NCBI GenBank assembly: GCA_963664435.2
Contig: CAXXKM010000001.1
Span: 1,248,001-1,312,000, forward strand
Source of the DNA: Longimicrobiales bacterium
Lineage (GTDB): Bacteria > Gemmatimonadota > Gemmatimonadetes > Longimicrobiales > Gaopeijiaceae
DNA: 64,000 nt
Direction of reading: 5' to 3'
Part shown: positions 36,763 through 45,618 of the stretch, piece by piece
How positions within the stretch are numbered: position 1 is the first letter of the stretch
Layout: every line of letters starts with the position of its first letter
Notes under the pieces: model-generated
Seen by the model: only the letters and a program-made list of their open reading frames with translations
Database searches by the model: none
What the model was told of the DNA's origin: nothing
Made by a program: the position numbers and the translations under genes

Positions 36763-36876
36763 AGAACTCGGCAGGCACCGACGGACCCGGGGGATCGGAT
36801 TCGGACCGCCGGACGAGGGTTGAGCGAGCAGGCTCGCAGGGAAAGAGTCGCCAGGACCACGAGTACACGGACGCAC

Positions 36877-37377
36877 ATGGAATGCAACGGCTTTCTGCAG
36901 CGCTTCTCCGAATTCCATGACGGAGAAGCGGCCGATGCGGACGTTTTCGAGCAGCACCTGACGGAGTGCCCGGGCTGCCGGCGCTACACGGACACCGTAT
37001 CGCGCAGCCTGGCTCTGCTGCGCGCCATCCCCGGCGTGACCGTTGGCGAGGACTTCCATCCCCGACTTCAGCATCGCATCTACCACATCCAGGAGGATCT
37101 TGCGCGCCGCCGCCGCGGCGCCCCGTTCACCCGCCTGGGTGTGGCGTTCGCCGCCACGATTCTGCTGGCGCTGGCCATATGGGGACCGGAACTCGTCCAG
37201 GAGACTCCCCAGGTCGCGTTTCCCCCCATCGTCGTCTCCGAGCCTCCCTCGCTGCGCACGGCCGCTCCATCCGCCACGGTACGCTATCGCTCCATCCGCC
37301 TCCTGGACTCCAGCCTGGACGGCAACGACCTGTGGAGCCGCGCGCTGTACGAATACTCGCCCCTCTCCCAGCGCTGA
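36877..37377 (+). CDS. Zinc-finger (zf-HC2) transmembrane anti-sigma factor
   Basis: MEC...HLTECPGC (HxxxCxxC), one TM helix; downstream of the ECF sigma. Confidence 0.85.
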   Translation: MECNGFLQRFSEFHDGEAADADVFEQHLTECPGCRRYTDTVSRSLALLRAIPGVTVGEDFHPRLQHRIYHIQEDLARRRRGAPFTRLGVAFAATILLALAIWGPELVQETPQVAFPPIVVSEPPSLRTAAPSATVRYRSIRLLDSSLDGNDLWSRALYEYSPLSQR

Positions 37378-37402
37378 CCGGGAATCCAAGTCCCGGCAGG
37401 CA

Positions 37403-38461
37403 ATGATCCCCGCCACCTATCGGCGCGCGCTTGGCGGGCATGGAGGCGGGGTCTTCTACCTCCATGGCGAAGACGACTTCCGCAAGCGCGAGGCCGCGCG
37501 GGAGATCGCCGAGGCCCATCTCGACCCGGCGACGCGCGATTTCAACTTCGACGTCATGTCCGGCCCGGAGCTCGACGTGCGCGATCTCGCCTCGGTGCTG
37601 GCCACCCCCCCCATGATGGCCGAGTGGCGGGTGGTGCTGGTCCATGGCGCGGAGGCGCTGGCTCCGCTTCCCGCGGCGCGCAAGCTTGTGCTCGGCATCG
37701 CGGCGTCGCCCCCGGAGGGGCTGGCCCTGATTCTGACCGCCACGCGGCCGGCGCGCTCCAGGGCGCGTTTCTATCGGGACATTGTGCGCGCGGCCCGCTC
37801 GCTCGAGTTCCGTCCGGTGCGGGCAAACGACCTGCCCGGCTTCCTGATCTCGTGGTGCCGCGACCGGCATGGCGCGGAGATGAACGAAGACGCCGCGCGA
37901 GCACTTGCGGCGGCCGTCGGATCCGACATCGGAGTACTGGCGCAGGAGATCGCCAAGCTGATCTCCATGGCCCCCGAAGGCCGCCCGATTACGGTGGAGA
38001 CGGTGGAGGCCGGAGGGATCCGGGTTTCCCGCCTCGACCCCTGGCGCTGGTTCGACATGGTGGGAGGACAAGACTTCGCGGCGGCCACCGCCGCCCTGGG
38101 CGAACTCTTCATGCGCGGCGAATCAGGCGTGTTCCTGGTCATGGGCCTCACCACCCACTTCCTCCGCATCGGGCTGGCGCTCGACCGCGGGCTGTCCGGG
38201 CTGGAGGCCGCGCTTCCACCCCATCAGCGCTGGCTCGCCCGCCGCATCCAGGGACAGAGCCGGGGCTGGAACCGCGAGAGCCTGGACGCGGCGCTGCTCG
38301 GCCTGCGCCGGGTAGACCGGCTGATGAAGGCAAGTGCCCTGCCCCACCATCATCTACTGGAGGAATGGCTGCTCGCGCAGCGTGCCTCCGCGGGAGAGGG
38401 AGGTCGAGCGGGGCCTCTCCGCGCCGGTGCCCGGACGCGGCGCGGAGAGGCGGTCAGGTAG
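37403..38461 (+). CDS. holA: DNA polymerase III subunit delta
   Basis: FYLHGEDDF, TRDFNFD, TPPMMAEWRVVLV, EIAKL, DRLMK. Confidence 0.88.
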   Translation: MIPATYRRALGGHGGGVFYLHGEDDFRKREAAREIAEAHLDPATRDFNFDVMSGPELDVRDLASVLATPPMMAEWRVVLVHGAEALAPLPAARKLVLGIAASPPEGLALILTATRPARSRARFYRDIVRAARSLEFRPVRANDLPGFLISWCRDRHGAEMNEDAARALAAAVGSDIGVLAQEIAKLISMAPEGRPITVETVEAGGIRVSRLDPWRWFDMVGGQDFAAATAALGELFMRGESGVFLVMGLTTHFLRIGLALDRGLSGLEAALPPHQRWLARRIQGQSRGWNRESLDAALLGLRRVDRLMKASALPHHHLLEEWLLAQRASAGEGGRAGPLRAGARTRRGEAVR

Positions 38462-38469
38462 GGGCGCGA

Positions 38470-38910
38470 CTATCCGCGCACGCCGAGGCTCCAGATGAAC
38501 GCCGCGAGCGAACTGATCTCCTCGTCGGAAAGACCCAGGCCGCCGCGCGGGAGCATCAGGCCGGGATACTCCTTCGGCTCGAGAACTCCGGTCTCGATGA
38601 CCTGGATGATGCCGGCGTAGCTGCCGTCCGAGTTGAGCCACACGTCGTCGGCCAGGTTTGGCGCCAGCTGTCCCCCCTTGCCGTTGGCCCCGTGGCACGC
38701 GGAGCAGGTGGCCCGGGCGTTGAAGAGGATCCGCCCCTCCGAAATGGACTCCAGGGTGACGCCGTCCGGAGCCGCGCCGTCGTTGAGGGTTGCGCTGAGG
38801 GCATCCGGCATCGGGACATCCGCGTTGGCGTCTCCGGTTTCGCCGCATGCCGCCGAAACAACGATCACCAATAGTGGCAAGACGTGATTCAGCAATGGTT
38901 TATGTATCAT
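38470..38910 (-). CDS. Monoheme c-type cytochrome lipoprotein
   Basis: Lipobox SAAC, CSACH, APNLADDVWL, MLPRGG; RBS AAGGAG. Confidence 0.85.
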   Translation of the reverse strand: MIHKPLLNHVLPLLVIVVSAACGETGDANADVPMPDALSATLNDGAAPDGVTLESISEGRILFNARATCSACHGANGKGGQLAPNLADDVWLNSDGSYAGIIQVIETGVLEPKEYPGLMLPRGGLGLSDEEISSLAAFIWSLGVRG

Positions 38911-39179
38911 CAAGAACTCCTTTCGGGATTCAGTGTCGACGGGTGTTGGCGACACAACGGCTGATACACCGGGAGCGTGGCCAGGAGCCCGCCCGGGAAC
39001 GCTGCGGTTCACTGTGACCGCTCCCCTTCCGGGACGGTCTGCGACACTACAACTTGGATCATGGCCCCGGGTGGGGTCGGGCGGGACACGCGGACGGAAT
39101 GCTCCGCTTCGGATACGCCATTTTGCCGCGCACATCAGGACGGGTTTTCCGGGATGATCTCCGGCGCCAGCGCCACGCC

Positions 39180-41783
39180 ATGACTCAGGACACGCCGCTC
39201 ATGCGCCAGTGGCGGGCCGTGAAGGCGCGCCACCGCGATGCCCTGGTGTTCATCCGGGTGGGCGATTTCTTCGAGCTCTTCAACGAGGATGCGCGCAAGG
39301 GCGCGCGCCTGCTCGGGCTGACGCTTACGGCGCGCAACAACGGGGCGGCGCGGCAGGTTCCGCTCGCGGGGGTGCCCGCCAAGGCGCTGGACGACTACCT
39401 GCGCAAGCTGGTGAAGCTGGGTTGCCGGGTGACCATCTGCGACCAGGTCGAAGATGCCAGGGCGGCCAAGGGGCTGGTGCGCCGCGAGGTGGTGGAGACC
39501 ATTACTCCCGGCACGGTCGTCCACGACGAGCTGCTGGAGGCCCGGCGCAACAACTTCCTGGTCGCGCTCGCGCCCGCGGAGAAGGAACTCGGCGGCCTGG
39601 CGGCCCTCGACCTGTCCACGGGCGAACTGGTGCTCGAGGTCGTGGGCGAGGAAGCCCTCGCCGCCCGCATGGGCGAGTTGGCGCCGGCCGAGCTGCTCCT
39701 GCCCGCTTCCCTGGAGGGGCGAACGGTGCCGGGCGCTGCGCCCGATACGCTGGTCACCCTCCGGGACGACTGGATCTTCGGGGAGGAGGCGGCGCGCGAG
39801 GAAGCGCGGCGCGCCTACGGAGTGCTGTCCCTGCAGGGATTCGGCATCGAGGCGGGCGATGCGCCCGCGGTGCGCGCCGCGGGCGCCCTGCTCGCCTACG
39901 TCGCCGAGATCCGTCCCGGCGGGGTGGCGCACCTTCAACCTCCCGCCGTGCGCCGTCCCGGCTCGACCATGGTGGTCGACGAGATGACGCGCCGGAATCT
40001 GGAGTTGACCGAACCTCTGCGGCCGGGAGACCAGGGCGCCACCCTCATCTCGGTGCTGGACGACACCGTGACCGCCATGGGCGCGCGCACGCTGCGGAGC
40101 TGGCTGCTGGCGCCGCTGGTGGAAGCAGCCGCCATCTGGAAGCGCCAGGAGGTGGTGGGGGAGTTCTTCGAACGGTTCGAAGTGCGGCGTGACGTTCGCG
40201 AGGCGCTCTCCGAGGTCGCCGATCTGGAGCGGCTGGCCGGCAAGATCTCGCTCGGACGGGTCATGCCGCGCGACCTGCTCGCGCTGGCGCGTTCCCTCGA
40301 CCGGGTCCCGCCGGTGCGGCGCGCGCTGGCGGCGGCCGAACTCCCCGGGCTGCGGGAGCGGGGAGCCCGGCTCGACGCCATGGAGGACGTGCGCGAGCTG
40401 CTCGGGCGGGCCATCGCCCCCGACGCACCCGCGACCCTGCAGGAAGGCGGCGTGATCCGGGCCGGGTACGACACGGCCCTGGACGCGCTCCGCCAGACCC
40501 GCGGCGATGCGCGCACGTCGATCGCGACGCTGCAGGCCCGGGAGCGGAAACGCACGGGCATCGCCTCGCTGAAGGTCGCCTACAACAAGGTATTCGGTTA
40601 CTACCTGGAGGTGACCCGGGCCAACCTGAGCCGGGTGCCGGACGACTACGTGCGCAAGCAGACACTGGCGAACGCGGAGCGCTTCTTCACCCCCGAACTG
40701 AAGGAGTGGGAAGGCCGCATTCTGGACGCCGAGGACCGCATCGCCACCCTGGAGGCGGAACTGTTCGCCGCGGTGCGGGAGGAGGTGGCCGAGCAGGTGG
40801 GGCGGCTGCAGAGACTCGGGCGCGCGCTCGGGCGTCTCGATGCGCTGACGGGACTCGCGGAGGTGGCTGAGCGGAGCGGCTACGTCCGTCCGGAAATCCA
40901 TTCCGGCTACGCCGTCGAGGTACGCGCCGGGCGGCACCCCGTGGTGGAGGCGGTGATGCCCGCGGGCAGCTTCGTGCCCAACGATCTGGTTCTGGAGGAA
41001 GACGGTCGGGTGGTCGTGCTGACCGGCCCCAACATGGCGGGCAAGAGCACCATCCTGCGGCAGGCGGGGCTCATCCAGCTGCTCGCCCAGATGGGGTCCT
41101 TCGTGCCCGCCGACCGGGCAAGACTGCCGGTCTGCGACCGGATCTTCACCCGGGTCGGGGCGAGCGACAACCTGGCCCGCGGGCAATCGACCTTCATGGT
41201 CGAAATGCACGAATCGGCGGCGATCGTCCACGGCGCCACCGCGGACAGCCTGGTGCTGCTGGACGAGATCGGGCGCGGCACCTCCACCTACGACGGGGTC
41301 TCCATCGCGTGGGCGGTCACCGAGCATCTGCACGAGGTGGTCGGCGCCAAGACCATCTTCGCGACCCACTACCACGAGCTCACCCAGCTGGGCGAACTGC
41401 TCCCGGCGGTGCGCAACCTGAACGTGGCGGTGCGCGAATCCGGCGAGGACATCGTATTCCTGCGTCGTCTGGAGGAGGGGGGCGCCGACCGGTCCTACGG
41501 AATCCAGGTGGCGCGGCTGGCCGGGATGCCGCCGGCCATCGTGGAGCGGGCGAAGGAACTTCTGGCGGAACTGGAGGGAAGACGTACACATGACGGAGGG
41601 TGCCTGGGGCGTCAGGGCGAACGTCGCCCTTCTTCGGCCGTGGAGCCCGGCCAGCTCTCTCTCTTCGCGGCGGAAGCCGAGCTGTGCGCCCGCCTTCAGG
41701 AGATCGATCTCGACAACATGACCCCACTGGAATCCATGACAATGCTCGCGGAACTGCGCCGTCTCGCGCGCGGGGCGCGTTAG
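39180..41783 (+). CDS. mutS: DNA mismatch repair protein MutS
   Basis: TPLMRQW, GDFFELF, RHPVVE, TGPNMAGKST, STFMVEM, DEIGRGTST, FATHYHEL, SYGIQVARLAG. Confidence 0.96.
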   Translation: MTQDTPLMRQWRAVKARHRDALVFIRVGDFFELFNEDARKGARLLGLTLTARNNGAARQVPLAGVPAKALDDYLRKLVKLGCRVTICDQVEDARAAKGLVRREVVETITPGTVVHDELLEARRNNFLVALAPAEKELGGLAALDLSTGELVLEVVGEEALAARMGELAPAELLLPASLEGRTVPGAAPDTLVTLRDDWIFGEEAAREEARRAYGVLSLQGFGIEAGDAPAVRAAGALLAYVAEIRPGGVAHLQPPAVRRPGSTMVVDEMTRRNLELTEPLRPGDQGATLISVLDDTVTAMGARTLRSWLLAPLVEAAAIWKRQEVVGEFFERFEVRRDVREALSEVADLERLAGKISLGRVMPRDLLALARSLDRVPPVRRALAAAELPGLRERGARLDAMEDVRELLGRAIAPDAPATLQEGGVIRAGYDTALDALRQTRGDARTSIATLQARERKRTGIASLKVAYNKVFGYYLEVTRANLSRVPDDYVRKQTLANAERFFTPELKEWEGRILDAEDRIATLEAELFAAVREEVAEQVGRLQRLGRALGRLDALTGLAEVAERSGYVRPEIHSGYAVEVRAGRHPVVEAVMPAGSFVPNDLVLEEDGRVVVLTGPNMAGKSTILRQAGLIQLLAQMGSFVPADRARLPVCDRIFTRVGASDNLARGQSTFMVEMHESAAIVHGATADSLVLLDEIGRGTSTYDGVSIAWAVTEHLHEVVGAKTIFATHYHELTQLGELLPAVRNLNVAVRESGEDIVFLRRLEEGGADRSYGIQVARLAGMPPAIVERAKELLAELEGRRTHDGGCLGRQGERRPSSAVEPGQLSLFAAEAELCARLQEIDLDNMTPLESMTMLAELRRLARGAR

Positions 41784-41785
41784 AC

Positions 41786-42217
41786 ATGCCGGCGCCGCTC
41801 CCGCCTTCAGGGCGCCTTGCCGGCCCGGTGCCTCGCCGCTCTCGCCGCGCGCGTGGCTTCATCCACGGAATGCTGGCGATCCCGACCCTGGGCGTGTCCT
41901 GGCTCACAGCCTGCGCCGGCGATGCCGAGGTGGAGGATCCCGCGCCCCTGGGCGACGCCGTCCCCATCGAATACCCGCTCGAGATGTGGGATCAGGGAAT
42001 CGAGGGCGAGACGGTGCTCCAGGTCCGCGTCAACGAGCTGGGTGAGGTGGATTCCGTCGCGGTGATCGAGACCAGCGGGCACGAGTCGCTCGATTCGGCC
42101 GCGGCCGAGGGCGCGCGCGCGATGACCTTCCATCCCGCGCGGAGGGACGGGCGTGATGTTCCGGTGTGGGTACGCATGCCGGTGCAGTTCTCCAGGCAGT
42201 CGAGCCCCGAACCTTGA
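41786..42217 (+). CDS. TonB C-terminal domain protein (possible lipoprotein)
   Basis: YPLEMWDQGIEGETVLQVRVNELGEV...TSGHESLDSAA...FHPARRDG...VRMPVQF. Confidence 0.8.
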   Translation: MPAPLPPSGRLAGPVPRRSRRARGFIHGMLAIPTLGVSWLTACAGDAEVEDPAPLGDAVPIEYPLEMWDQGIEGETVLQVRVNELGEVDSVAVIETSGHESLDSAAAEGARAMTFHPARRDGRDVPVWVRMPVQFSRQSSPEP

Positions 42218-42245
42218 TGGCCGCCCGCAGGGAAGGATCGTGGCG

Positions 42246-43637
42246 ATGAGCGTCCGCCATCGGGAGCCCTACGACAACGTGATGGAGATGGTGGGGTGGA
42301 CCCCGCTGGTGCGTTTGCACGGTGTCGCCGCGGACTGCCGCACCCCCGTCTACGGGAAGTGCGAGTTCATGAGCCCCGGCGGTTCGGTGAAGGATCGCAT
42401 CGGCCTCGCCCTGGTGAGCGCGGCGGAGCGGGACGGAACCCTGCGCCCGGGCGGCGTGATCGTCGAAGCCACCAGCGGGAACACCGGGCTGGCGCTCGCG
42501 ATGGCCGCGGCGACGCGCGGGTATCGCTGCGTCTTCACCATGCCCGACAAGATGAGCCAGGAGAAGGTGAAGCTGCTGCGCGCCTTCGGGGCGGAGGTGG
42601 TGATCACCCCCACGGCCGTCGGGCCCGACCATCCCGACCACTACCAGCAGGTCGCCCGCCGCATCACCCGGGAGACCCCCGGCGCCGTACTGGCCGACCA
42701 GTTCTACAACCTCGAGAACCCGAAGGCCCACTACGCCACGACAGGCCCCGAACTCTGGGAGCAGAGCGGAGGCCGCATCACACACCTGGTGGGCGGGGCG
42801 GGCACCGGAGGGACCATCTCCGGCACCGGCGCATACCTGAAGGAGAGGAATCCGGCGGTCGAGGTGGTGGGCGTGGATCCGGTGGGGTCGGTGATTTCCT
42901 CCTTCTTCAACACCGGCGAGATGGGGGAGGGGCACCCGTACCTGGTGGAGGGACTCGGCAACGACAAGATCCCCGGCGCGCTGAACCTCGACGTGGTGGA
43001 CGCGTACGTGACCGTCAAGGACGGCGAAGCCTTCCGCATGGCGCGCCGGCTGACCACGGAGGAGGGACTCTTCGTGGGCGGCTCGTCCGGGCTGAACACG
43101 CACGCCGCGGTGGAGCTGGCCCGCCGGCTCGACGACCAGGAGGCCTTCGTGGTCGCGATTCTGTGCGACTGGGGAGAGCACTACCTTACCAAGATGTACG
43201 ACGACGAATGGATGCGTGAGAACGGTTTCCTGGAACGCCCGCGCAGGAGCGTCCACGACCTCGTGCGCGCCAAGGAACCGCTCGACTTCCGGCTGCTGAC
43301 GGCAACGCCCTCCACCCCCGTGCGCATGGCGGTGTCCACCTTGAGCAGCCACGGGATTTCACAGCTCCCGGTGGTTCGGGACGGGGATTGCGTGGGCTCG
43401 CTGAGCGAGGGAAGGCTCATGGCACGGGTCATCCAGGACCCGGGAGTCCTGGACCACCCGGTGGAGACCGTGATGGGCTCGCCCTTCCCGGTGGTGGACA
43501 GCCATCTCGACGCCGAGAAGGCGACCCGGCTGCTGACCCGGGAGAACCCCGCGGTCCTGGTGAGGGCCAACGGAAGGCTGGAGGACATTCTCACCCGCTT
43601 CGACATCGTGCGCACGCTCACGGGAGCGGCCCGTTGA
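42246..43637 (+). CDS. Cystathionine beta-synthase (PLP domain plus CBS pair)
   Basis: PGGSVKDRI, EATSGNTG, GTGGT, GGSSG, YLTKMYDDEWM; C-terminal CBS domains (ISQLPV, ILTRFD). Confidence 0.9.
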   Translation: MSVRHREPYDNVMEMVGWTPLVRLHGVAADCRTPVYGKCEFMSPGGSVKDRIGLALVSAAERDGTLRPGGVIVEATSGNTGLALAMAAATRGYRCVFTMPDKMSQEKVKLLRAFGAEVVITPTAVGPDHPDHYQQVARRITRETPGAVLADQFYNLENPKAHYATTGPELWEQSGGRITHLVGGAGTGGTISGTGAYLKERNPAVEVVGVDPVGSVISSFFNTGEMGEGHPYLVEGLGNDKIPGALNLDVVDAYVTVKDGEAFRMARRLTTEEGLFVGGSSGLNTHAAVELARRLDDQEAFVVAILCDWGEHYLTKMYDDEWMRENGFLERPRRSVHDLVRAKEPLDFRLLTATPSTPVRMAVSTLSSHGISQLPVVRDGDCVGSLSEGRLMARVIQDPGVLDHPVETVMGSPFPVVDSHLDAEKATRLLTRENPAVLVRANGRLEDILTRFDIVRTLTGAAR

Positions 43638-43662
43638 GCGGCGCCCGGCGGGGAATGCGGCG

Positions 43663-44688
43663 ATGAAGGTCGCCGTGCTCATGGGCGGGACGTCCGAGGA
43701 ACGGCCGGTATCGCTGGTCTCGGGCGCCGCGGTCGCCGCCGCGCTGCGCGGCCGCGGCCATGAGGTCGTGGCGGTGGACCCGGCCTCGGGCGTGCTCGGC
43801 CGGGAGCGGGAACGCGAGTTGCGCGAGTCGGGGGTGGCCCGGGAGGCGCCGCCCTCCGCGGGACCGGGCGGGAGCGACCCCCTCCTCCTCCTCGACGAGG
43901 CGTTGCGGGCGTGCGCGCCCGAGGTGGTCTTCCCGGCGCTCCATGGCGGGACCGGCGAGGACGGCACCGTGCAGTCGCTGCTCGACCTGATCGGGATCCC
44001 CTATGCGGGGAGCGGACACACCGGCTGCGCCCTGGCCATGGACAAGGACCTCACCAAGCGGCTGCTGCGCGACGCCGGCATCCCGACGCCCGAGTGGATT
44101 GCCGGTCGCGCGCCCGCGGACCGCGCCGTCGCCGGGCTGGGGCTTCCCCTGATCGTCAAGCCGCCGAGGGGCGGGTCGACGCTGGGACTCACGCTGGTGC
44201 ATCGCGCCGACGAGATCCCCGCCGCGGAGGAGCAGGCGCTCGCGTACGGCGGCGAGGTCATGTTCGAGCGCTACGTTCGGGGACGGGAGCTGACGGTGGG
44301 CATTCTGGGGGAGCAGGCGCTCCCGCCGGGCGAAATCATCCCCGAAAACGAGATCTTCGACTACGAGTGCAAGTACCAGCCGGGGATGGCGCGCGAGATC
44401 TTCCCGGCCCGCATCCCGGAGGGCATCGCCGCCACGCTGCGCCGGCAGGCGCTCGCCGTGCACCGCGTCCTCCGGCTCGACGGCTTCAGCCGGGTCGACT
44501 TCATCCTGGACTCCGCGGGCACCCCCTGGTGCCTCGAGGCGAACGCGCTTCCGGGCCTGACGCCCGCCAGCCTGCTGCCGCGGGCAGGACGCGCCGCCGG
44601 GCTGTCCTTCGGCGAACTGTGCGAGCACATCGCCGCCCTGGCTCTGTCCGGACGCGCCGCGCCCGTCGCCGCCGGATCGCGCGCATGA
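43663..44688 (+). CDS. ddl: D-alanine--D-alanine ligase
   Basis: GGTSEERPVSLVSG, LHGGTGEDG, MDK, FDYECKY, RVDF, EANALPG. Confidence 0.93.
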   Translation: MKVAVLMGGTSEERPVSLVSGAAVAAALRGRGHEVVAVDPASGVLGRERERELRESGVAREAPPSAGPGGSDPLLLLDEALRACAPEVVFPALHGGTGEDGTVQSLLDLIGIPYAGSGHTGCALAMDKDLTKRLLRDAGIPTPEWIAGRAPADRAVAGLGLPLIVKPPRGGSTLGLTLVHRADEIPAAEEQALAYGGEVMFERYVRGRELTVGILGEQALPPGEIIPENEIFDYECKYQPGMAREIFPARIPEGIAATLRRQALAVHRVLRLDGFSRVDFILDSAGTPWCLEANALPGLTPASLLPRAGRAAGLSFGELCEHIAALALSGRAAPVAAGSRA

Positions 44689-45539
44689 CCTGGTCGTCGT
44701 TCCAGCCGGGCTACGGCGCCTCCGTACTCACGCCCTGGGTGAAGCGACTGCTGATCGCCAACGCGGCGATCTTCCTGCTCATGTGGGTCAGCGGGAGCGC
44801 CGGCTTCTTCGTGGAGTGGTTCGCGTTCCGGCCGTCCCGCATCCTCACCCGCCCCTGGGGCGCGCTCACCTACATGTTCCTGCACGCGGGCTTCTGGCAT
44901 GTGTTCATCAACATGCTGATGCTGTTCTTCTTCGGCATGCCGCTGGAGCGCCGCTGGGGTTCGCGCGAGTTCATCAAGTACTATCTGCTGTGCGGACTCG
45001 GAGGAGTGGCCCTCAGCTTCGTCTTCCAGTCCTCTTCGATCATCGGCGCGTCGGCGGCGGTGTACGGCCTGATGGTCGCCTTCGCCATGACCTGGCCGGA
45101 CGCGCCCATCTACATCTGGGGGATCTTTCCGGTCAAGGCGAAATGGCTGGCCGCCTTCCTCTTCGTGGTGAGCACGCTGAGCGCCTTCGGAGGAGGGGGG
45201 GACGGGATCGCCCACTTCGCCCACCTGGGCGGCCTGGTCACGGGGTTCGTCTACCTCAGGACCGACTGGCGAACCCCCGCGTGGCTGCCGGGGCGCGGCA
45301 GCGGCGGCTCCTCCCGTGCGGGCGGAAGATCCGGTTCCGGCACGACGCCCGGACGGCGGCCGACCCCCCCGGCGGATCCCACCGGTCGCCCGGAAGGTTG
45401 GCGGAGAGGCGACGAGGAAGCCCTGCTGGACGAAGTGGACGCCATCCTCGACAAGATCTCGCGCAGCGGGATGAGGTCGCTCACGCGCAAGGAACTCGAA
45501 CTCCTCAACGAGGTTTCCCGCCGGCGCCGCTCTTCCTAG
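44685..45539 (+). CDS. Rhomboid family intramembrane serine protease
   Basis: TYMFLH..FWH..NM, GASAA (catalytic Ser), AHFAHLGG, C-terminal VDAILDKIS module. Confidence 0.92.
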   Translation: MTWSSFQPGYGASVLTPWVKRLLIANAAIFLLMWVSGSAGFFVEWFAFRPSRILTRPWGALTYMFLHAGFWHVFINMLMLFFFGMPLERRWGSREFIKYYLLCGLGGVALSFVFQSSSIIGASAAVYGLMVAFAMTWPDAPIYIWGIFPVKAKWLAAFLFVVSTLSAFGGGGDGIAHFAHLGGLVTGFVYLRTDWRTPAWLPGRGSGGSSRAGGRSGSGTTPGRRPTPPADPTGRPEGWRRGDEEALLDEVDAILDKISRSGMRSLTRKELELLNEVSRRRRSS

Positions 45540-45618
45540 CTTCTGCTCCCGGCCGAATTCGCCGAAACGACGACGCCGCGCCGCGTCGCCCGACTCAAAA
45601 CACGTTTCAGGAGGCCAG

